This document shows, piece by piece, positions 38,043 to 46,842 of a stretch of 64,000 nucleotides of DNA. The translations under genes were made by a program, and so were the position numbers. Source of the stretch: Planctomycetota bacterium (lineage in GTDB: Bacteria > Planctomycetota > B15-G4); NCBI GenBank assembly GCA_052387675.1, contig JBQTIY010000007.1:257544-321543 (forward strand), written 5' to 3'. Position 1 is the first letter of the stretch; each line of letters opens with the position of its first letter. The notes below the pieces were generated by a model that ran no database searches, was not told the DNA's origin, and saw only the letters and a program-made list of their open reading frames with translations.

Positions 38043-39823
38043 TACAACGACCCAGCGAGCGTCAGAGTCCCAGCCTTCTCGGTTTGCACGGTGACGCGGA
38101 AGGGCCCGCGTCCCGAGACGAGCCAGCGCAGGCGCACGAGGCCGTGACCCGGCACGCCTTGCTCGAGCTGCAAGCGCGCCGGCTCGTGCTCGACGGCATC
38201 GAAGCGCGAGAGTTCGAAGCGCTCGGCGTCATCGCCGCCGGCGACGACGACGAGGCCCGTGCCCTCGAGCGTGACGAGATCGGGGCGGCCGATGCCGTGC
38301 TCGGCGGCCAGCGCGCTGCGCGTGGGGATCCAGCGCTCGTTGCGCAGTTCCGCCGTGACGTAATGCAGCGCTGAGCCGGGCGCGGTGCCGGCCACCGGGT
38401 CCACGCGCAGCGAGCCGGAGAGCTTGGGCATCTGCTCGGCGTGGAAGAGGCAGAAGGCCGCGTTGCGGTGCAGCATCTCCTCGATCATGAAGGCCGGCGG
38501 CACGCGCCCGGTCATCTTGCGGAAGCCGCCCACCTCGATCGGGCCGTACTGCGGATGCTCGACGGGGTGCCAGTCCACGTAGGTCTCGCCGAACATGAGC
38601 CGCCGGTCGAAGAGCAGGCGCTGGCGCTGCGAGTCGTCGCCCACCACCGCGTCCACATCGGCGCTCGCGAAGTACTGCTCGTCGTTCCACATCTCATTCG
38701 TGAAGGAGATGATGCCGAGGCCTTCGGCGGTCCAGTTCACGAAGCCGCCGTGCACGTCGTAGAGATCCTTCCAGATCACCATCGAGCGGTAGAAGGGCAG
38801 CATGGCCGCGCCCTCGTTGGCGATGGCGTCGTAGGTGCGCCGGTCGCTGCTGCCGTAGAGGCCCTCGCGCGCGGCGGTGCCCGGGCCGCGCAGGATCATG
38901 CCGCCGCTATTGTGGAAGGACTGCACGGCCGCGACGTGCGGACGCGCCCGGAGAAAGGCGCCGATCGCCGCGGTCTCGGGATAGCTGAAGGGGAAATCGC
39001 CCGCGCCGAACTGAATGTGATTCGGCTGCCAATCGCTGGGCCAGTTGCGGTTCATGTCGTAGCCGCCGGGCCCGTCCTCGTTCACGCGGCCGTCGCCGTC
39101 ATTGTCGAGGCCCTCTTGGCCGAGCATCACGTAATCCGCGCCCCACTCCGCGCGCTTCTCGGCTGGCACCGACTCCAGGACCCGCGCATCCGTCGGCGAG
39201 AGACGGTGGGTGCCTGTGCCCGGCTCCACGCGCTTGCGCATCGAGAGCAGCTCGCCGTCGCCGTCCAGATCGTCGGCGCCGTCCTCGTCGGCGCGCCCGT
39301 CGCGGTCGCTGTCGAGCGGCCGCGTGCCGCTGCGCGAACTGCTTGGCGTGTTCGGCTCATCGAACCAGTGCTGACGCCCGTCGGGGTTCACCATCGGCAA
39401 GATGTAGAAGACGCGCTCATCGAGCAGTTCGGTGAGCTGCGGCAGTTCGCCGTGCCGTTCGAGCAAGAGCCACGCCAGGTACACGGCGGCTTCGGCGCCC
39501 TGCACTTCGTTGCCGTGCACATTGCCGTCCACCCACATGGCCGACTTGCCGCTCTCGGGGCCGGTGGCCGGATTGCTGAGCGTGAGCAGCGGCATCGGCC
39601 GGCCTTCCCAGCTCGGGCCGATGTACTCCAGGCGGCACAGCTCCGGACGGCTGGCGGCCAGCCGCTCGCAGAGCTCGACGATGCCGTGATAGTCGTAGAA
39701 GCGATCCCAGGTGATCGCCACGCGGGGCACACGCGTGCTCTGCGCCGCAGCCGGCGCGGACAGGCCGAGCAGCAACAGACCCGCCGACAACCAAAGTCTC
39801 GGAGCACAGTTGGCAATGGTCAT
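38042..39823 (-). CDS. Secreted M14-family zinc carboxypeptidase with DxDxDG calcium-binding-type inserts
   Basis: It has a signal peptide and the zinc/catalytic motifs VDGNVHGNEVQG (HxxE), YDMNRNW, SFHNSGG and FTNEMW. The inserts are DSDRDGRADEDGADDLDGDG and DNDGDGRVNEDGPGG. Confidence 0.85.
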   Translation of the reverse strand: MTIANCAPRLWLSAGLLLLGLSAPAAAQSTRVPRVAITWDRFYDYHGIVELCERLAASRPELCRLEYIGPSWEGRPMPLLTLSNPATGPESGKSAMWVDGNVHGNEVQGAEAAVYLAWLLLERHGELPQLTELLDERVFYILPMVNPDGRQHWFDEPNTPSSSRSGTRPLDSDRDGRADEDGADDLDGDGELLSMRKRVEPGTGTHRLSPTDARVLESVPAEKRAEWGADYVMLGQEGLDNDGDGRVNEDGPGGYDMNRNWPSDWQPNHIQFGAGDFPFSYPETAAIGAFLRARPHVAAVQSFHNSGGMILRGPGTAAREGLYGSSDRRTYDAIANEGAAMLPFYRSMVIWKDLYDVHGGFVNWTAEGLGIISFTNEMWNDEQYFASADVDAVVGDDSQRQRLLFDRRLMFGETYVDWHPVEHPQYGPIEVGGFRKMTGRVPPAFMIEEMLHRNAAFCLFHAEQMPKLSGSLRVDPVAGTAPGSALHYVTAELRNERWIPTRSALAAEHGIGRPDLVTLEGTGLVVVAGGDDAERFELSRFDAVEHEPARLQLEQGVPGHGLVRLRWLVSGRGPFRVTVQTEKAGTLTLAGSL

Positions 39824-41697
39824 GGCAGCCTCAGGTCCTGCTCGAGCAAGGGAAAGCCGGGGCGCTCAACGCGCACGCGCAGCGCGGCACCGGCCGGGGC
39901 CGCAATGACCCAGCGCAATTCCTGCCGGCCACCGCCGCCCGCCAAGCGGTCCACGAGAGTTTGCGGCGGGCCGTGCAAGCGCACCGCTCCCTCGGGCAGT
40001 TCGAGCGCGACGCGCAGCGGCAGCATCGTGCGCGCTGCGGCCGCGAGCTGCGGCACGCTGGGCAGCACGCCCTGGTTGGCGAGGACCGCCCGCACCGTGT
40101 AGGCGCCATCGGCCTGGCGCTCGGCGACGAACTCCTCCACCACGAGCAGCGGCAGGCAGCGCAGAAGTTCTTCCAGGAAGGGAGCGAGCCGGCGGCCCAT
40201 CCCGAGCGCCACTTCATAAGACGGATTCACGAGCACGCCCGGCAGCAGGCCGCCGATCTCCACGCGCCCAAACTCGGGATGTTCGAACTCGTGCCAGGGC
40301 ACAAAGCCCTCGCCGTCACGCTCGCGATCGAGCCAAGCGAGCACCGCCGCCGGCACCGGACTGCTCGCGTCGCTGCTGGGCGCGTCGGCGCCCGGCGCGG
40401 GTTTGGTCTCAGGCTTGGCCTCGGGCTCCCCCTCCGGCTTGGGCAGATCCTTGGGCGGCGCCCAGAGCTTGAGCGCCAGCGGCCAGCGTCCGGCCTGGTG
40501 GTAGGCCCACGCCAAGAAGCTGCCATCGCTCAGGCCCTCGCCGCTCACCTTGTGTTCGGCGGGTTTCTCAGCGGGCGGCTCGGCCGGAGGCCCGGCGCCC
40601 GGCTGCGCCCCGGACGCGCTTGCGCCGAGCTGAAAGCGCCGCTGCAACTCCTTGAGCGCGGCGACATCGTCGCTGTGTACGCCATCGAGTGGCGCGCTGA
40701 AGTTGCCGCCGCGCGGCGCATTGCCGGCCGCCTTGGGCAGATCCACGAGCGTGTCCTGCGCGCCGACGACGAAGACACCGAGCAGGCGCGGCCGCGTGTG
40801 CAAATAGTCGAGCAGCGCACGTGCCTCGGGCTCGCTCAGCGGATAGGCCCCCGCTCCGGGCGCATGCTCGGGCCAGCGGTGCGGGAAATTCCGGTCGGGC
40901 TCCTGGCCCTCGGCGCCGTCCTCGCCATGTTCACCATCGCCGTCATCGTCGAGGCCCTCGATGAGCAGCCGATGAGTGCCGCGCTCGCCGCGCTCGGGCT
41001 TGGCCTTGCGCAGCGCGCGCGGATCGTGCGCGTCGAGCACCCATTCACCCTCGCTGTCCGGCACGCGCATCCAGGTGATGTAACCGTCGCCATCCAGGTC
41101 ATTGGGCCCGTCCTCGTCGACGCGGCCGTCGCGGTCGCGGTCATCGGAGCGGCTGTTGCCGGCCTGTTCATGGATCGGTCCGGCCGCGCCGAGCAGCCGT
41201 TCGGTCCCGTCGGGAGCGGCGCGCGGCACGATGACCAAGACGTGTTCCGCCAAGAGCGCGTGCAGGTTCGCGCCGGTGTCCGGCGCGGTCTGGCCGAGCA
41301 GCGCCTGCACGGCTTCGATCAAGACCGCGGAGTCGAGCAGGCGACGGCCGTCGAGCCCGGCGACGACGAGCCAGCCCGTGCGCTCTTCGATGGGCAGCGC
41401 GCCGGGCGCGGCGAGCACGAGCGCCTCGATGGCCCGGCCGCCCAGCGAACTCCCCAGCGTCTCGACGCGGGCCAGCTCCGGGTGCGCGGCGGCCAGTTCC
41501 CGCAGGCGCAGGCTGAGTGCCTGGTGATCAAGCGGCCGCGCGGGCGCCGCGGGCGCAGCGGCGGCGTCGGCCGCATCGGCAGCGGCGCCAGCCTTCTCGG
41601 CCGCGGCCTCCTGCGACAGCGCCGGGCGCGCCGCGACGCTCACCATGAACAGGGCCAAGCTGCAACGCAGCAGGATCGAAGGCTTCGGCTGGGACAC
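39820..41697 (-). CDS. M14-like paralog, apparently lacking the HxxE zinc site (putative pseudo-peptidase)
   Basis: The GTG start at 41697 has an AGGAG RBS 6 nt upstream, followed by a signal peptide (LRCSLALFMVSVAARPALSQE). The architecture matches the neighbour (DDRDRDGRVDEDGPNDLDGDG, EPDRNFPHRW), but the HxxE position reads VAGLDGRRLLDS. There is an ATGA overlap with the downstream M14 gene. Confidence 0.65.
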   Translation of the reverse strand: MSQPKPSILLRCSLALFMVSVAARPALSQEAAAEKAGAAADAADAAAAPAAPARPLDHQALSLRLRELAAAHPELARVETLGSSLGGRAIEALVLAAPGALPIEERTGWLVVAGLDGRRLLDSAVLIEAVQALLGQTAPDTGANLHALLAEHVLVIVPRAAPDGTERLLGAAGPIHEQAGNSRSDDRDRDGRVDEDGPNDLDGDGYITWMRVPDSEGEWVLDAHDPRALRKAKPERGERGTHRLLIEGLDDDGDGEHGEDGAEGQEPDRNFPHRWPEHAPGAGAYPLSEPEARALLDYLHTRPRLLGVFVVGAQDTLVDLPKAAGNAPRGGNFSAPLDGVHSDDVAALKELQRRFQLGASASGAQPGAGPPAEPPAEKPAEHKVSGEGLSDGSFLAWAYHQAGRWPLALKLWAPPKDLPKPEGEPEAKPETKPAPGADAPSSDASSPVPAAVLAWLDRERDGEGFVPWHEFEHPEFGRVEIGGLLPGVLVNPSYEVALGMGRRLAPFLEELLRCLPLLVVEEFVAERQADGAYTVRAVLANQGVLPSVPQLAAAARTMLPLRVALELPEGAVRLHGPPQTLVDRLAGGGGRQELRWVIAAPAGAALRVRVERPGFPLLEQDLRLP

Positions 41698-41786
41698 CCG
41701 AGACTCCTGGGCCGGAGAGCGTTGTGCCTGCCGACTGGATGCCGAGCAGCAAGCCGGGCATTCTACGGAGCCCCACACGGACCGCC

Positions 41787-43853
41787 ATGGCCTACCTCGT
41801 CGACACACTTCCGCCCGAACATCAGGACGTGCCCGAGCCGCTGCACCGGCTCCTCGATCTGGCCTACAACCTCTGGTGGACATGGCATCGCGAGGCGCGC
41901 CAGCTCTTCGAGCGCATCGACCCCGATCTCTGGTCGCGCTATCGCAATCCCGTGCGCCTGCTGCTCCTGGCGCGGCGCCAGCGCCTGGCCGAGCTCTCCG
42001 GCGACGCGGCCTTTCTCGCCGAGATGCAGCGCGTGCTGCAGCGCTTCGACGCCCAGACGCGCGCACCCGTCGGAAAGCAAGCGCCGGTGGCCTATGTCTC
42101 GGCTGAGTACGCGCTGAGCGAGTCCTTGCCGATTTACTCCGGCGGACTGGGCGTGCTGTCCGGCGATCACCTCAAGGAAGCGGCCGACATGGGCCTGCCG
42201 CTGCTGGGCATCGGCCTGTTCTACCGGCGCGGCTACTTCGAGCAGATCGTGGACGCCGACGGCCACCAGCAGCACCACTATCCCGACCTCGACGCCATGC
42301 GCCTGCCCATGCTGCGCGTGCGCGGCGCCGACGGGCGCACGCTGCGCGTGAAGGTCGAGATGGGCGCCCGCGAAGTGAGCTTGCGCGTGTGGGTGACCTT
42401 CGTCGGGCACGTGCCGCTGTTGCTGCTGGACAGCTTCACCACGCACAACGCCCCCGAAGACCGCTACATCACCAGCCAGCTCTACGTGCGCGGCCGAGAA
42501 ATGCGCCTGGAGCAGGAAGTCGTGCTGGGCCGCGGCGCCGTGGCAGTGCTCGAGGCCTTGGGCATCGCGCCGCGCGTCTGGCACATGAATGAGGGCCATT
42601 CGGCCTTCCTCGCGCTGGAAAATCTGCGCCGCCTGGGCCGTGCGGCCGGGGCGCCGCGCGAGCTGCGCGAAAGCGTGGCGGCTGTACGGGCGCAGCATGT
42701 CTTCACCACACACACCCCCGTGCCCGCCGGCAACGAGACCTTCGACACCGGACTGGTAAGGCCCTTCCTGGGCGCCACCGCGCGCGACCTCGGCGTGGAC
42801 GTGGACAGCCTGATCGCCCTCGGCGATGCCGGCCAGGCCTTCCCGGCGGGCTTCAACCTCACGGCGCTCGCGCTGCGCCTCTCACGCCGCAGCAATGGCG
42901 TGAGCAAGTTGCACGCGCGCGTGAGCGGCGAGATGTGGCCCGGCCACGAGATCAGCGCCATCACCAACGGCGTACACATGCCGAGCTGGCTCGGGCGCGA
43001 GATGCAGCTCGTGCTGCGCTGCACGGACGGCGAGGACCCCGGGCAGCTCGCCACGCGCGCGGCGGCGCTGGAGGACGGCGCACTGTGGGCGGCGCACGTG
43101 GCCCAAAAGCACCGGCTCATGCGCTTCGTGCGCGTGCGCGCGCTGCGCCAGGCCGCGCGTCACGGCCAGGCCCCGGCCGCGCTGCGCCGTATCGAGACGC
43201 TGCTCAACGCCTCGGCGCTCACGCTCGGCTTCGCGCGCCGCTTTGCGCCCTACAAGCGCGCCGATCTGCTCTTCCAGGATTCCGCGCGGCTCGAACGCCT
43301 GCTCTGCGATCCCACGCGCCCGGTGCAACTACTCATCGCCGGCAAGGCTCACCCCGCCGACCGCCCCGGCCAGGAAATCATCCGGCGCATCTGGGAATTG
43401 GCCGGCAGCGATCGGCTGCGCGGCCGCATCGTCTTCGCCGAGGACTACGACCTCGCCACGGCACGGCTCATGGTGCGCGGCGTGGACGCTTGGCTCAACA
43501 CGCCCACTTGGCCGCTGGAGGCCAGCGGCACGAGCGGCATGAAGGCCGTCGCCAACGGCGTGATCCACGTCTCCGTGCCCGACGGCTGGTGGGCGGAGGC
43601 GCACGCGCCGGGCTTGGGCTTCTCACTGGGCGAGGAGCGTCCGCCGGAGGAGCGTGACGGCGCGCTGCTGCTTGACCTCATCGAGAAGCAGCTCGTGCCG
43701 CTCTTCTACGAGCGCGGCGCCGACGGCCTGCCGCGCGGCTGGATCGCCGTGATGCGTGCGTCGATGGCGGCCTTCCTGGGACAATTCTCCTCGCGCCGCA
43801 TGCTGCGCGAGTACGCCGCCCAACTCTACGAGCTGCCCGGCTACGAGGGCTGA
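41787..43853 (+). CDS. glgP: Alpha-glucan (glycogen/maltodextrin) phosphorylase, GT35, DUF3417-type N-terminus
   Basis: The start is ATG 41787 (MAYLVDTLP). It has LAYNLWWTWH, YVSAEYALSESLPIYSGGLGVLSGDHLK, and PLEASGTSGMKAVANGV (PLP Lys). Confidence 0.9.
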   Translation: MAYLVDTLPPEHQDVPEPLHRLLDLAYNLWWTWHREARQLFERIDPDLWSRYRNPVRLLLLARRQRLAELSGDAAFLAEMQRVLQRFDAQTRAPVGKQAPVAYVSAEYALSESLPIYSGGLGVLSGDHLKEAADMGLPLLGIGLFYRRGYFEQIVDADGHQQHHYPDLDAMRLPMLRVRGADGRTLRVKVEMGAREVSLRVWVTFVGHVPLLLLDSFTTHNAPEDRYITSQLYVRGREMRLEQEVVLGRGAVAVLEALGIAPRVWHMNEGHSAFLALENLRRLGRAAGAPRELRESVAAVRAQHVFTTHTPVPAGNETFDTGLVRPFLGATARDLGVDVDSLIALGDAGQAFPAGFNLTALALRLSRRSNGVSKLHARVSGEMWPGHEISAITNGVHMPSWLGREMQLVLRCTDGEDPGQLATRAAALEDGALWAAHVAQKHRLMRFVRVRALRQAARHGQAPAALRRIETLLNASALTLGFARRFAPYKRADLLFQDSARLERLLCDPTRPVQLLIAGKAHPADRPGQEIIRRIWELAGSDRLRGRIVFAEDYDLATARLMVRGVDAWLNTPTWPLEASGTSGMKAVANGVIHVSVPDGWWAEAHAPGLGFSLGEERPPEERDGALLLDLIEKQLVPLFYERGADGLPRGWIAVMRASMAAFLGQFSSRRMLREYAAQLYELPGYEG

Positions 43854-43927
43854 GACGGCGCCGCGCGTGTGAACAGCGGGCTCCGCGAGCGCGGTTAGTT
43901 CGGCGCCTCAGGAACGTCCGTGCGTGT

Positions 43928-44365
43928 ATGCGCACTGAGGCGGCTCGGCTCGACGAACGCTACCGCCGCGTCTGGAACGACGCGCAGCTTCCACGCCTCG
44001 CCGACTTCGACGCGTCCAATGATCTGCACCTCGAAGAGCTGGCCGACTTGCTCTTGCAGCGCGTGCAAGATCTGCGCGATGCGGAAGCTTTCGCACTGCT
44101 CATCGAACTCACCCGGGCACGGCTCGAGCGGATGGCGGCTCGGCTCGTGAACCGGCTCCCGGCGCGGGCGCCCGCCCCGCAGCACTTGGTCCAGGCGGTC
44201 TTGCGCCGCCTGTGGCGCGAGTTGCGCGGCCGGCGGGCACCCGCTCTGGGTTTTCTGCTCCTCAGCCACGGCCTCATGGAGCAAGAACTCCGCCGGCTGC
44301 CGACTTCTCCGCAATTCTCGCGGGCCCCAACTTTGCCGAATTCCGACAGCAAAGCCCGGTTCTGA
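43928..44365 (+). CDS. Sigma-70 region-2-only paralog of the two downstream ECF-like sigma factors
   Basis: 145 aa. DAEAFALLIELTRARLERMAARLV...HLVQAVLRRLWRELR aligns with DSQAFALLVELTQPRLSRLARLIT...DLVAGFFARIFVDTR of 46843.. and with DSAVFTQLFELAHERLLRSARSIT of 44374... There is no region 4 HTH. It could be a gene remnant. Confidence 0.45.
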   Translation: MRTEAARLDERYRRVWNDAQLPRLADFDASNDLHLEELADLLLQRVQDLRDAEAFALLIELTRARLERMAARLVNRLPARAPAPQHLVQAVLRRLWRELRGRRAPALGFLLLSHGLMEQELRRLPTSPQFSRAPTLPNSDSKARF

Positions 44366-44373
44366 GCCAGAGC

Positions 44374-46071
44374 ATGGTCCGGTTCTCCACATTGCTCTCC
44401 CGGGCTCGGTTACATTCCCGCCCCTCCGCCGTCCGGCACCTTGCCCCATGCGGGGTCAACCAACGGGCGGTTGGTGGGCGGGCCAGGAGAGAGCTTTTGG
44501 ACGAGGTCGGGCCGCCGGGCAACCAGTCCCTGCCGCGTCACGCGGCGCGGCTCCCACTTGCCCTCGCCGAAGAGGCGCAGTTCGACACCGACGCGCGGCT
44601 GTTGCTTGAACGTTTTTGGCGCGACGGCGACAGCGCAGTCTTCACGCAACTTTTCGAACTCGCTCACGAACGCCTGCTGCGTTCGGCGCGCAGCATCACC
44701 CGCCGCATCGCACCGCAGCTCGAGCCCGAAGACCTCGTGGCAAACTTCATGGCGCGCCTCTTCACTGACTTGCGCCGGCGCACGGAGTTCGCCACGCAGC
44801 AGAGCGAGACCGCCTCGGTGCGCAGCCTGCTGGCGCTGGCGCACACCTCCATGCGCAACGACGCACTCGACCAGTTGCGCATGCTGCGCCGCGCCGCCGC
44901 GAATGCGCGCGTGTTCCAGGCCACGTGCGATGAACCGATCGATCCCTCCTGCGAAGTCCTGGCCACGGAAGTCGAAGAGCGCCTCGCCTGCCTCGATGCC
45001 GAAGTGCTGCGGCTCTGCCAGGAAAGTTTTGCGGCGCTCGAGCCGCGCGACCAGCAAGTGCTCGTCGCGCGCGAACTCGTGGGCCTCTCCTACGAGCGTG
45101 TCGCCGCGCTGCTGCAGCGCTCGCCGGGCCAAGTGGGCATGGTCATTCGGCGCGCGCGCCTGCACTTGTTGCAGGGCCTCGGCCAGCGCCTGCCGCGCCT
45201 GCGCAGCCCGGACCGCGAGGAGCAGTTGCTGCTGAACAGCCTGCAGTCCGGACTCGACCTGGAACAGGGCCCGCGGCATGTGCCGGCCCTGCTGCAGCGC
45301 ATGCTCGAACGCTCGGCCGCAGCGGCCCGGCGCACACTGGCCGACCTGATTTATGAGATGGCCAAGGCCTGCCTCGTGGAGGCTCCGGGCTTCTCAGAGC
45401 GCATGCTCATCCAGCGCGAGCCGCGCGACGGCCGCGAAGTGGGCCTGGACTTGCAGCGCCTGGCCAGCCGGCTGAGTGGTCAACGCGAGGCCGGAAGCGG
45501 CGCAACGGACGGCCTCGGTCTGGGGTCCATCGCCAGCACGCGCCCCGCCCCGGCCACCGCGCTGGACGATGCACGCGCCTGTCTCGACAAGCTCCACGAA
45601 GTGGAAGGCCCCTCCGGACGCCAGCAGGTGGCGCTGGCGCTTTGCTACATCCACGCCGGCCAGCCGGCCGTGGCCGAGCCGCTGCTGCGCGCCCTGCTCG
45701 AGCGTCCGCTGCCCGTGATCACGCGGCAAAACGCCGCGCGCAACCTCACGCTGTCGCTGCTGCGCCAAGAGCGCCACGCCGAGGCCTTGGACTTCGCCGA
45801 GGCCGGGGCGGACGAGTGGCCCGACGATCCAGTGCGTGTGATGAACGTGGCCTATGCCGCCGCACGCCTCGGGGAGCGCGAGCGCTTCGTCCGCGCGGCC
45901 GCACGGCTCGCCGCTCTGCACGCTGCCGAGCCCTCGCCGCGCGTGCGGGCTTGGCTGCGCGACGACCTGCCGCGCCTGGCACGCGAGTGTCGGCTCGAGA
46001 TGGCGCTCCCGAGTTCTTCCGATCCGCAGCCCGAACTGCAGAAACCCGACCAGCAGAAAGTAGCCTCCTGA
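44374..46071 (+). CDS. ECF-like sigma factor with a ~300-aa C-terminal (TPR-like helical) extension
   Basis: Sigma2 is AVFTQLFELAHERLLRSARSITRRIAPQLEPEDLVANFMARLF. Sigma4 is LEPRDQQVLVARELVGLSYERVAALLQRSPGQVGMVIRRARLHL. A helical repeat-like tail follows. The start is uncertain; 44374 is the first ATG after the upstream stop. Confidence 0.65.
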   Translation: MVRFSTLLSRARLHSRPSAVRHLAPCGVNQRAVGGRARRELLDEVGPPGNQSLPRHAARLPLALAEEAQFDTDARLLLERFWRDGDSAVFTQLFELAHERLLRSARSITRRIAPQLEPEDLVANFMARLFTDLRRRTEFATQQSETASVRSLLALAHTSMRNDALDQLRMLRRAAANARVFQATCDEPIDPSCEVLATEVEERLACLDAEVLRLCQESFAALEPRDQQVLVARELVGLSYERVAALLQRSPGQVGMVIRRARLHLLQGLGQRLPRLRSPDREEQLLLNSLQSGLDLEQGPRHVPALLQRMLERSAAAARRTLADLIYEMAKACLVEAPGFSERMLIQREPRDGREVGLDLQRLASRLSGQREAGSGATDGLGLGSIASTRPAPATALDDARACLDKLHEVEGPSGRQQVALALCYIHAGQPAVAEPLLRALLERPLPVITRQNAARNLTLSLLRQERHAEALDFAEAGADEWPDDPVRVMNVAYAAARLGERERFVRAAARLAALHAAEPSPRVRAWLRDDLPRLARECRLEMALPSSSDPQPELQKPDQQKVAS

Positions 46072-46760
46072 TGAGACTGACCCGCCTGCATGCCCGAGCC
46101 GCGTCGGTACTGCGACTCAGCGCGGCACTTCTGATTCTCGCCGGACTCGTCGCTGCCCAGTCCGGGTCGCGCGTCGGCGGCGTCCAGGCCGGCACCGATG
46201 GAGTGGGCGGCATTGAGAAGACGGCCGGCAACACGCCCAGCGCGCTGCCCGCCGGCAGCACGGCCGGTCCGACCAATACACCGCCGCCGGCCTTGGCCCA
46301 CCTCCGCACGCCGCTGGGCCACCAGTCCACGGCCTGGTTCAACCTCGGTCACAGCCTGCCGGGCAGCAGCTCGCCCGTCCTGCTTGGGCTCCTCAACCCT
46401 GAGTCCGAAGCCGACTCTCGGGAGAGCCTCCCGCGACTCGTCGACGGCGCAACCGGGACAACGTTACACACCACCTTGCATGTCTCGGGCGCGCTGCCCG
46501 GCGCACCGGCGCTGCTGATCATCGGCACGCAGGCGGCAAACCTGCCCTTCCGTGGCGGAGTCCTGGCTCCCTTGCCGCAGATCGTGCTCGGCGGTCTTGC
46601 CGCGGACAGCGCCGGAGAAATCCGCCTCAGCGGCCCGCTGCCCCTGCAGCTCGCGCCGGAGGCGCAGTTCGTGGTCCAGTTCTGGCTCGCCGATCCGGGC
46701 GCACCGCAGGGCTTGGCCGCGAGCAATGCTCTCGTGTTGCTGGCGGGCCACCCGCGCTGA
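46071..46760 (+). CDS. Small secreted protein consisting mostly of the recurrent C-terminal module
   Basis: The ATG at 46071 shares one base with the sigma gene stop (TGATG). The signal/anchor is LRLSAALLILAGLVAAQSG. The C-terminus is ALLIIGTQAANLPFRGGVLAPLP...DSAGEIRLSGPLPLQLAPEAQFVVQFWLADPGAPQGLAASNAL. Confidence 0.6.
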   Translation: MRLTRLHARAASVLRLSAALLILAGLVAAQSGSRVGGVQAGTDGVGGIEKTAGNTPSALPAGSTAGPTNTPPPALAHLRTPLGHQSTAWFNLGHSLPGSSSPVLLGLLNPESEADSRESLPRLVDGATGTTLHTTLHVSGALPGAPALLIIGTQAANLPFRGGVLAPLPQIVLGGLAADSAGEIRLSGPLPLQLAPEAQFVVQFWLADPGAPQGLAASNALVLLAGHPR

Positions 46761-46842
46761 GCGGTAGGCTCGCCGCCCGAACACAGCCGGGATTTGCGGT
46801 GCGCCGGGCAGGCCGCCGCGCAACGCAGGACTTCACGCAGAC

